Part shown: in pieces, positions 17,490 to 24,896 of the stretch
Layout of the letters: every line of letters begins with the position of its first letter
Numbering within the stretch: position 1 is the first letter of the stretch
Sequence record: PP601403.1
Length of the DNA stretch: 64,000 nucleotides
Direction: 5' to 3' (one strand)
The notes under the pieces: generated by a model
What the model was told of the DNA's origin: nothing
Seen by the model: the letters and a program-made list of their open reading frames with translations, nothing else
The model's database searches: none
Program-made: the position numbers and the translations under genes

Positions 17490-19124
17490 ATGTCTGAAGA
17501 AATTCAAACCCAAGAGTCCGCTAAACCTATTAAACGGATTAAGCCGATCGAATATCTGCGAGAAGCCATCATCCAAGGTAAAGAAGCTAATCAAGCTTAC
17601 TCTCTTCCTTTATTCCTCGGTAGCTTGACTTCTCAACACGAAGCTATCCTTACTACTGCTACTGTGTACGCGCAACTTAAACAAGTTGACGATGATATTA
17701 ACAGTGGTAACAGTAATATCTCTGAAAGTGTTCGTAACTCACTGCGTGTTAAGTTTGAAGAACTGCAAGAGAAACATTTCCCAGAAGTAGAACAAGATGA
17801 GCTTGGGGTAATGTTGATCAACTACTTCCAGTTCTATCAACGTGGGTTGGATCGTGTACTAGCTCGGGAAGATAATCAAGAATTCATCGATCCATCAGTT
17901 CTGATGAACACATTCCCATTCCGCAATGAACGTATTGGTATTATCAACCCGATTAAACCACAAGTAAAAGCTAAAGACTCTGTACGTGACCGTATGCGTC
18001 GCAGTAAGCTTAAGCTTGCCAATGAACCTGATACCTTCTCCTTGATGTTGGTTAACTCTCGTGTATTCTTGAAGATGAAAGTTCCTACTCCATTGGATAT
18101 GGTTCTGCTCATTAACAAGATCACTACGGAACTTAAAGGTTACGGTGAACGTTATCGCGTTTCCTCTATGCATCTGGAACGAGCACTGATTACTCGTATC
18201 CTGGTGAGCTTCATGTTGGAACGTGCTACCTATTGGTCTGTTGCCGATATTCTTGATGCAGAAGAACTGTTCAAGATCATCAAGTTCGAAGACGTTGGCA
18301 TTATCGCAACTACTCTTCTTGCTAATGCTGCTCCTAAAGGTGTGAGTTACACTATCTCCTGTTTGGCTGATAAATGTGACTATAACGAGACTAATCTGAT
18401 TGACCCAGCTAACCTTGTGGTTTATGACGATATTCGTCTACCGCAAGTGTATAAAGATCAAATCAGTGCTATCTTGAACACCGGTAAGAAATTTACCATT
18501 GAAGAACTCAAAGCCTCAGATGTTCCTTACACTGACTTTGAAGGTAATGTGATCGATACTGTTGTTAAGCACGACAACGGAGCTGGTGAAGTTCATATCA
18601 AGTCACCTTATCTGGCTGATTACTTTACCTGCTTTGATAACATGGCCGAGCAGATCAACCCAGAACTTCGTGAACTTGCTGTGCAATTCCCTAATCAGAA
18701 AGTGTACGCAACTAAACGTGCTGAAGTAATGGGTTCTATCCGAATGGCTGAATATCTTCAGTGGTTTGATAAAACCGTTACTTTGCCGGAACCTGGCGAA
18801 GATGGAGAACCTGAAGTAATTAGTCGTCAGGAAGATCCTAAAGGGTTTGATCAAGGTCTCCTTGATATGTTCAATAGCGACGATAACTTGCTGCGTGATG
18901 CACTGGATAAAGTCATTAAGAGTGTACCTAAGTTGACTTATGTCTACATCGGGATTCCTGATGATCACTGTCCTAAGTGCAAAACCCGTGCTAATGACGT
19001 AATCAAGGAGATTAATGGAGGTTTCACTCCTATTGATCCGATTCTGAATTTTTTCGACCATACCCGGATGTTGATAACGATGCGACGAGATCTCGTGACT
19101 TTACAAGAGGAAATTCTTTCCTAA
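17490..19124 (+). CDS. Putative tail/baseplate-hub assembly chaperone (T4 gp26-like / gpG-like) with CxxC-type motifs
   Basis: 544 aa with SCLADKC and HCPKC cysteine pairs. A -1 slippery heptamer lies 23 codons before the stop. Confidence 0.5.
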   Translation: MSEEIQTQESAKPIKRIKPIEYLREAIIQGKEANQAYSLPLFLGSLTSQHEAILTTATVYAQLKQVDDDINSGNSNISESVRNSLRVKFEELQEKHFPEVEQDELGVMLINYFQFYQRGLDRVLAREDNQEFIDPSVLMNTFPFRNERIGIINPIKPQVKAKDSVRDRMRRSKLKLANEPDTFSLMLVNSRVFLKMKVPTPLDMVLLINKITTELKGYGERYRVSSMHLERALITRILVSFMLERATYWSVADILDAEELFKIIKFEDVGIIATTLLANAAPKGVSYTISCLADKCDYNETNLIDPANLVVYDDIRLPQVYKDQISAILNTGKKFTIEELKASDVPYTDFEGNVIDTVVKHDNGAGEVHIKSPYLADYFTCFDNMAEQINPELRELAVQFPNQKVYATKRAEVMGSIRMAEYLQWFDKTVTLPEPGEDGEPEVISRQEDPKGFDQGLLDMFNSDDNLLRDALDKVIKSVPKLTYVYIGIPDDHCPKCKTRANDVIKEINGGFTPIDPILNFFDHTRMLITMRRDLVTLQEEILS

Positions 19125-19561
19125 GTAGCGATCAGTCTGGTCAACTCCAACCAAGGTTCAAAGAGCAGAGTGATAAACTGCTCTTTGAAACCTACCGCAA
19201 CATGCCACAAAGTAAATTAGAATTGTTGATTACAGAACGCAGAGCTTATATGATGAAGTTTGGTTGGGTTGCTGATAGAGAACCTTTAAGTAACACAATC
19301 AAATATAATCGAGCTCGCAGAGACTCTAGTCATCAGTTCAGTGCGGCTGCGGTTGGGGAGATGTTCGGGTTTAGAGAATATGGTGAGATCTTACCGCTTA
19401 AAGATTTCTTAACTCTTCCATGTAACGTATTAGAAGATATCATTGATTCTGTGGCTGTTGGTAAACGTAAAGCTAAAGAAGTAGCTGACCGTATGACCAA
19501 GAAAAACAAAGGAATCCCTGATGCGGAACAACTTCTAAAACAACTTGAGAATAAGGATTGA
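19037..19561 (+). CDS. Frameshift-accessed C-terminal extension (gpT/gp51-like); ORF track starts it at ATG 19202
   Basis: The frame is open for 51 codons upstream of ATG 19202, which has no Shine-Dalgarno. C-terminal LKDFLTLP..VLEDII resembles tail-chaperone T-region motifs. Confidence 0.6.
   Translation, partial: SDSEFFRPYPDVDNDATRSRDFTRGNSFLSSDQSGQLQPRFKEQSDKLLFETYRNMPQSKLELLITERRAYMMKFGWVADREPLSNTIKYNRARRDSSHQFSAAAVGEMFGFREYGEILPLKDFLTLPCNVLEDIIDSVAVGKRKAKEVADRMTKKNKGIPDAEQLLKQLENKD
19049..19055 (+). promoter_or_regulatory. Candidate programmed -1 ribosomal frameshift site T TTT TTC
   Basis: The X XXY YYZ heptamer is correctly phased in the 17490 frame (AAT TTT TTC). The -1 frame is closed by TGA at 19034 and then open to 19561. 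Confidence 0.7.
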
Positions 19562-19564
19562 TGT

Positions 19565-20113
19565 ATGTCTAAAGCACACGTACCGCCTGTAGTGGAACAA
19601 AGTAAAACTGCTGTAGCTCAACAGCAAGCAGTTGTCGAGAAGATGGATACAAGTGTAATGGTTCCTACTGAGAAGGTTCCTACCACACCTGCGACTATTT
19701 ACCAAAATGGTATTGATAACTTTGTAAAATTCATCAAAGGTGAATTTAAATCTGCTAGTTTGCAAGAACGCAGTAACTATCAGTGTGAGTTTATGGGAAC
19801 TATCGTTCAGATGCTCTCTATTGACCCCGAAGAAGTAGCCAAGGTACTTAACCACTTTATCGAAGTGATTCTTACCAACCCGGTGCAGTTTGGTCAAAGT
19901 GAGATCTTTGCTCCACTGTACGTAGTTGAGAAAGAGAAAATGAAACCTGCTGACGAAATCCTTCGTTATAAGCAGTTCATGACCTTCATGGTAAGTTTGG
20001 CTAAGAACGCTCAGAACCGTCAACGTTTTGTAGCTAATGTTGATATGCGTAAATTGCTGAGCTATTTCCCTAAGAAGGCAGCTGACAATTTGCAAGAGTA
20101 TTGCTTCCGTTAA
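19565..20113 (+). CDS. Conserved hypothetical protein
   Basis: 182-aa ORF with RBS AAGGA, followed by a terminator. Confidence 0.75.
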   Translation: MSKAHVPPVVEQSKTAVAQQQAVVEKMDTSVMVPTEKVPTTPATIYQNGIDNFVKFIKGEFKSASLQERSNYQCEFMGTIVQMLSIDPEEVAKVLNHFIEVILTNPVQFGQSEIFAPLYVVEKEKMKPADEILRYKQFMTFMVSLAKNAQNRQRFVANVDMRKLLSYFPKKAADNLQEYCFR

Positions 20114-20123
20114 TACGTAAATT

Positions 20124-20155
20124 ACCTTACCTAACCGTAATTGGTTAGGTAAGGT
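20124..20155. terminator. Hairpin terminator
   Basis: accttacctaacc-gtaatt-ggttaggtaaggt. Confidence 0.8.
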
Positions 20156-20176
20156 TTATGTATCTAATTTTAAGAT

Positions 20177-20210
20177 CCATAGATTTTCAAACCTATATTA
20201 CTATAGTGTA
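20177..20210 (+). promoter_or_regulatory. Putative early promoter (copy 3, TATTAC type)
   Basis: ccatagattttcaaacctatattactatagtgta; contains the phiKZ-type early core TATTAC. Confidence 0.75.
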
Positions 20211-20296
20211 TAAACATGAATGATTTATCGTTCACTTGTTTAAGATAAGAGATTCTTTAATCTCTTCAACCTTTAAGTATAGAGAAGGAATATAAC

Positions 20297-20749
20297 ATGA
20301 TTAATCAAGCTCAAGATCTGAACGCCCAAGCTGTTTCCATGCATCAACAAATGGTTGATCAAACTTTTCAACAACTGAATTCCCAACTGGGCGATTCCTC
20401 TATCCTTCGTTACGCCGCCTGTAACAACTGGGATGAGATTGTAGCTGTTTCCCAAGACACTGCATGTCTGGGTAAGTACACCAATCTGGCGGGTGCTCTT
20501 GCTGGCGTAGCTGCGTCTGTAGCTATTGAACTCACCCGTGAAGGCGGTAGTGTCGCCACTGCCAGCGTTGCTGCTGGTGTGGGCGGTGGACTGATTTTCG
20601 CTAACCGTGAAGCTATCATGGGATTCCAAAATGGTCCTGCTTCAGTGGTTGGTGGTTTGGGTCTGCTGGGTCTGACCCAGGTAGCAGCCCGTATCGTGGC
20701 CGCTGTAGCTCCAAATAAATCTGAAGAAGCACAAGAGTACGTTGGTTAA
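20297..20749 (+). CDS. Early membrane protein with Gly/Ala-zipper hydrophobic helices
   Basis: 150 aa with RBS AAGGA; three hydrophobic G/A-rich segments and strongly biased codons. Confidence 0.7.
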   Translation: MINQAQDLNAQAVSMHQQMVDQTFQQLNSQLGDSSILRYAACNNWDEIVAVSQDTACLGKYTNLAGALAGVAASVAIELTREGGSVATASVAAGVGGGLIFANREAIMGFQNGPASVVGGLGLLGLTQVAARIVAAVAPNKSEEAQEYVG

Positions 20750-20785
20750 TACTTTACTTTACTTTAAATCTAGGAGAATACAATT

Positions 20786-21007
20786 ATGTCTATTTACGAA
20801 ATGTTGGTCTGGGTTGTCGCGATCGTAGTTGCAGTTTATCTGATCATCGGTGTTTATCACCTGATCAAACTGATCAACTGGAAACTCCCTGAGTACCTGA
20901 GCGAAGCAGGAGTTACCAAACAGAATCACGTTAAGGTAGCACTCTGGTTGATCGTGATCTACACAATCTGTGACTTACTGGTAATGCTTGCATCGCCTTT
21001 CATGTGA
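20786..21007 (+). CDS. Small two-TM membrane protein
   Basis: 73 aa with RBS AGGAG and two hydrophobic stretches. Confidence 0.7.
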   Translation: MSIYEMLVWVVAIVVAVYLIIGVYHLIKLINWKLPEYLSEAGVTKQNHVKVALWLIVIYTICDLLVMLASPFM

Positions 21008-21014
21008 TATCTAA

Positions 21015-21046
21015 AGTTACCTACTCCCAACTGGGAGTAGGTAACT
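21015..21046. terminator. Hairpin terminator
   Basis: agttacctactccc-aact-gggagtaggtaact. Confidence 0.8.
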
Positions 21047-21072
21047 AAAAATATTTTATATTTTTACTCTTT

Positions 21073-21106
21073 CTATAATTTCTTAAACCGATATTATTAG
21101 ACTGTA
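21073..21106 (+). promoter_or_regulatory. Putative early promoter (copy 4)
   Basis: ctataatttcttaaaccgatattattagactgta. Confidence 0.7.
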
Positions 21107-21141
21107 GTAAACAATATATGTATTTCAAAGGAGTATAGAAA

Positions 21142-21675
21142 ATGGAAAATAAAGTTTGCAAATCTGTATTGAAAGTAGGTGATGATTTTCCTATAGCTGA
21201 GATCTTTTTCCTCGAGAAAGATTTACCACATCTGGAAACTCTTCTAGGTTCCCTTTATCATAAATTTAAACTTGTTTCTGTCCCCTGCGAGTCGGATGAG
21301 TTTCATCCCCACGCTGAACCGAAACTTTTCTGTAAGACCAATGTTTTCCAGTTTGTTTATAATACTTTTAATTATCAAACAACATCTCCTAGTGAAAGAT
21401 TGATAAGAAAGTTGGAAATGGAGAATTTCTATCAAGAAATGCATAATTGTCCTGATGTTCACGATTTGTTAATTAATGGTAGCCAGTTCTTTACAAATAA
21501 ATTACTCCAAGAGCCTGTATACAGTTTTAAAGTAAAGGCTATTTCGGAAATGGAAAGAATAGAGAAACTTCTTAAAGAAGCTGATCTCCAACTTTCCCCA
21601 GAACAAGAAGTAAAATTACTACGCAAAATTGTTGAAGAACAACAAGTTATTATAAACAATCTAAAAGGAATCTAA
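21142..21675 (+). CDS. Hypothetical early protein, LxPEQ-module family
   Basis: 177 aa with RBS AAGGAG; C-terminal EKLLKEADLQLSPEQEVKLL. Confidence 0.75.
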   Translation: MENKVCKSVLKVGDDFPIAEIFFLEKDLPHLETLLGSLYHKFKLVSVPCESDEFHPHAEPKLFCKTNVFQFVYNTFNYQTTSPSERLIRKLEMENFYQEMHNCPDVHDLLINGSQFFTNKLLQEPVYSFKVKAISEMERIEKLLKEADLQLSPEQEVKLLRKIVEEQQVIINNLKGI

Positions 21676-21677
21676 TC

Positions 21678-22625
21678 ATGGACCACAATTACCCCGAGTT
21701 GAACCCAGTTGTTATTTTACGTTTGTCTTACTTAGAACCCAAAGAAGAAGTACTGGGTGTTATTTATCTGCGTAAAGAATCTGTAGGACGTTTCAGATCA
21801 AACGTTAAGGAACTATTAGGTGATAACTTTGATCTAGTTGAGTTAAATAGCGCGGCGTTTGACGAGTATCTTCAAAAGTCTAAACCTATCACTAGTATAG
21901 AAAGTGACGTCTGTTTTATGTTTATCCCATTTGTACTTATGGATAGTTATTGGGTTAATGTATTCATGAGAAGGTTACGATGCACTGAGTACAATAATAC
22001 CAAGAATGTCACTACCGCAAAAGAACTTTTCTGTAACGTAGAATTTGACATGATGACTGCTTTACAATTAAAGGGGGAACTCGTGGAAGATGAGATTAAT
22101 ATCCTGGGTAATGAAATGATCATTGAAGATGTAGCAATTAATCCAAAAGAAAAGCTAATTTCTATTAGTTTACTTTCACAAGCTAACGATATCATTGGAA
22201 CCTTATGGTGTTTTGAACACAGTAAGGAACTTTATGAATCCAAACTTAAAATGTACAGTGGGAATAGAGTGTTGGTTAGTGACCCTCTAGCTCTATCCAC
22301 TTACGAACTAGCTCCAGATCAAGGGGTCTTCACCCATCGTTGTGTAAACAACCCAGCAATTTTTATAACTAATCATCTTACTACACCACCTTTCCCCCTG
22401 GTAATCAATACGGTAAACGTTCCAACCATTGGTAGTGTGAGGAAACTGCTCGATGAACTTTCTGGTAATGTTAAGCTAAACACCATAACAGTAAAATCAC
22501 AACCGATTGTTGATGTTGAAGAAGACCTCAAAACAGTTGAGAAAATTCTCGCTAAATATGAACTTAAACTAACTGCTGAACAAAAGTGTAAGTTCCTTGA
22601 AGAACTGGTTAAAGTTCTAGGTTAA
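21678..22625 (+). CDS. Hypothetical early protein, LxPEQ-module family, with an internally duplicated domain
   Basis: 315 aa; C-terminal EKILAKYELKLTAEQKCKFL. Confidence 0.75.
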   Translation: MDHNYPELNPVVILRLSYLEPKEEVLGVIYLRKESVGRFRSNVKELLGDNFDLVELNSAAFDEYLQKSKPITSIESDVCFMFIPFVLMDSYWVNVFMRRLRCTEYNNTKNVTTAKELFCNVEFDMMTALQLKGELVEDEINILGNEMIIEDVAINPKEKLISISLLSQANDIIGTLWCFEHSKELYESKLKMYSGNRVLVSDPLALSTYELAPDQGVFTHRCVNNPAIFITNHLTTPPFPLVINTVNVPTIGSVRKLLDELSGNVKLNTITVKSQPIVDVEEDLKTVEKILAKYELKLTAEQKCKFLEELVKVLG

Positions 22626-22630
22626 TTATT

Positions 22631-22663
22631 AACTTCCTTCTCTTTAATGGGGGGGAGGAAGTT
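22631..22663. terminator. Imperfect hairpin terminator
   Basis: aacttccttctc...gggggaggaagtt, with G-U pairs. Confidence 0.55.
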
Positions 22664-22687
22664 TCTTTACTATAAAGGTTTTTATTT

Positions 22688-23257
22688 ATGAAACTAGAAA
22701 TAAAAGAAATGTTAACACGTTTTGCAAATGGTGCTTTCACCAAAGCTTTCTTTACCGCAGGTGGTATTCTACTCACCTGGGATAAAAATATTAATCCATT
22801 AGAAGCATCTGGTACAACTTCTCCTTATTCAACTGCGAGATTTAATTACCTTCAGTCTTTAGTAGATAAAGAATATATCGAATTTGGATTTGGCGAAACC
22901 TTGACATTCCGTTTTCTCATTATTTATATTCCCAATAAAAAGGAACTTGTTACCAAATACCTATTTAAAGTTTCTGATATCTCTATTCCTGACTGTGTGG
23001 ATTATAAAACCAACTATGTTTCCAAAGATCTGTTCTCTGCTCTCAATGTAATCAGAAACAGTTTTACACCAACAGGAACTATTGACTTTGAAACAGTTCA
23101 AGTAAAAGACCCTATTGCTGAATTACCTAAGTGGTCTTTACATAAACAGACTTACACCAATCAAGAAGTACAAGAACTATTAGAAGAGTTTAAGAAAGAG
23201 ATGGTAGAATCTACTAATCAACTCTTTAACCGTTTTATTAACCGTATTAGTAAGTAA
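22688..23257 (+). CDS. Hypothetical protein
   Basis: 189 aa with RBS AAGG; weaker C-terminal module QTYTNQEVQELLEE. Confidence 0.7.
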   Translation: MKLEIKEMLTRFANGAFTKAFFTAGGILLTWDKNINPLEASGTTSPYSTARFNYLQSLVDKEYIEFGFGETLTFRFLIIYIPNKKELVTKYLFKVSDISIPDCVDYKTNYVSKDLFSALNVIRNSFTPTGTIDFETVQVKDPIAELPKWSLHKQTYTNQEVQELLEEFKKEMVESTNQLFNRFINRISK

Positions 23258-23267
23258 GGGATGTAAC

Positions 23268-23786
23268 ATGAATAATAATCGTAATACCTACAATAATGAA
23301 GATTTTGTTTACATGTGTAAACTGTTACAAAACCATGGACTGATACTAGAGTCAATTAGTCCCAATGATATTCTTTTAGCAAAGGTCAAAGATAAATTTC
23401 AATCAATTGAGGTAATATCCGGAATACTTAATAACCGTGAAATAAACAAGGACAATGAAGACAGACGTTGGGTTTCCTATAACGACATGGCTGTGTTTTC
23501 ACCAACATGGAAACACTTCAAAGAAGAATACGTATTCAGTAATCCAGTTAAAGCGATTATCCATTATTGTGAAAACAAAGGTAAAGAAGAAAGTGTATTC
23601 TTCCGTCACACAGACTTGCACCCAGAAAGTGAAACGCTTAAACAACTCCTAGAACTATCTGAGAAGATGACCAAGGTAGGTTTAACCCTAACCCCTGAGC
23701 AAGAGAATACTCTTCTTCACAACGTCGTTGACGAGCTCTCAGCAGAGATAGTAAGTCTTAAGTTAAAGATAGAAGATCTCTCTTAA
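23268..23786 (+). CDS. Hypothetical protein, LxPEQ-module family
   Basis: 172 aa with RBS AAGGGA; C-terminal EKMTKVGLTLTPEQENTLL. Confidence 0.75.
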   Translation: MNNNRNTYNNEDFVYMCKLLQNHGLILESISPNDILLAKVKDKFQSIEVISGILNNREINKDNEDRRWVSYNDMAVFSPTWKHFKEEYVFSNPVKAIIHYCENKGKEESVFFRHTDLHPESETLKQLLELSEKMTKVGLTLTPEQENTLLHNVVDELSAEIVSLKLKIEDLS

Positions 23787-23796
23787 TAGACAAACC

Positions 23797-23830
23797 TAAC
23801 CAACTTCTCCTTTATTGGAGAAGTTGGTTA
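23797..23830. terminator. Hairpin terminator
   Basis: taaccaacttctcc-tttatt-ggagaagttggtta. Confidence 0.8.
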
Positions 23831-23854
23831 ATAAATATGTGAAGGTAAATAAAG

Positions 23855-24853
23855 ATGTCAATTAAAACATTAACTGAAATACTAGGTCTTTCTCTTGAAT
23901 TGAAAGATTATGAAGAACGTGTTCAAAAGAGATATGACTACATTCAAGAACAATTAGAGAAAGATCCTGAGTTTGTAGCTTATGACTATCTGGAATATTG
24001 GCATGGTAGAGCTGATATTCACTATCTGTTTAAAGAAATTATTATTAGTTCTAAGGGAGACTATTATCAGGAGAAGAACGGTGTATGGTCAGAAGCTGAG
24101 CGCTTTAAAACTAAAGCATATCTAGAAAAGGGGTTCAGGTTAGTCGGACACGGGCCAAAAACTTTCCAAACACACAGGGCGGTTGGATCAGTTTTTATTC
24201 CTAAGTACGAACACCTTAAAGACGTACCTTATTGGAAACTTGAGGTAAACCATAAAGATGGCGATAAACACAATCCAGATTTCTCTAACCTAGAATGGAT
24301 GACTAAATCTGAAAACACTCAACACGCTCTTGAAAATGGACTCCAGACATCTGGGTTAAATGACCCTAATACTATTCCTTATCTAGCTACAGTCGTTATG
24401 GAAGGAAAGTATAAAGGTCAACAGTTCGTACTTGCCGGAACCGCTGCATTTGAAAAGGAGGGGATCTCTAGAAGTTCTGTTAGAGATCAATCAGAGGGTA
24501 AATTCCGCGCTATTGCTGGATGTACTTGGAAAGTTATCACTAAAGAGGAAGCTAAAGATTATCCGCAAGGAACCCCAGAGGGATTTATGACATTCCTTAA
24601 ATCCAATAGCGCTTTATCAGATCCTAAGGTTAAACCAGTGTTAGGGGTGGTGCAAAATGGAGCTTTTAAAGGGCATCATTTCTGTTTGTACGGCGGGAAA
24701 CACATAGCCGAGAATGGGTTTGGTCAAGCTCATGTATCAAGACACGCTAAACACAATAAAGTTTATAAAGGAGTATTATGGAAGTATATAACACAGGAAG
24801 AAGCTACTAACTATCCAAAAGGATTGGATAAAGAGATATACGAGACTTTATAA
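23855..24853 (+). CDS. Free-standing HNH homing endonuclease 3
   Basis: THRAVG...VNHKDGDKHN..SNLEWMTKSENTQHA, a near-canonical HNH motif. Paralog of HNH1 and HNH2. Confidence 0.88.
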   Translation: MSIKTLTEILGLSLELKDYEERVQKRYDYIQEQLEKDPEFVAYDYLEYWHGRADIHYLFKEIIISSKGDYYQEKNGVWSEAERFKTKAYLEKGFRLVGHGPKTFQTHRAVGSVFIPKYEHLKDVPYWKLEVNHKDGDKHNPDFSNLEWMTKSENTQHALENGLQTSGLNDPNTIPYLATVVMEGKYKGQQFVLAGTAAFEKEGISRSSVRDQSEGKFRAIAGCTWKVITKEEAKDYPQGTPEGFMTFLKSNSALSDPKVKPVLGVVQNGAFKGHHFCLYGGKHIAENGFGQAHVSRHAKHNKVYKGVLWKYITQEEATNYPKGLDKEIYETL

Positions 24854-24862
24854 CATAAAGTA

Positions 24863-24895
24863 AACTCTACCTACCCAAAGCGGGTAGGTAGAGTT
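24863..24895. terminator. Bidirectional CTACCT-family hairpin
   Basis: aactctacctaccc-aaagc-gggtaggtagagtt. Confidence 0.85.
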
Positions 24896-24896
24896 A

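Noticed and set aside
19159-19187. Hairpin caaagagcag-9nt-ctgctctttg as a terminator or frameshift stimulator
   Set aside because: It lies ~100 nt past the slippery site, too far for a stimulator, and inside the open -1 frame. No clear stimulatory structure was identified by eye.
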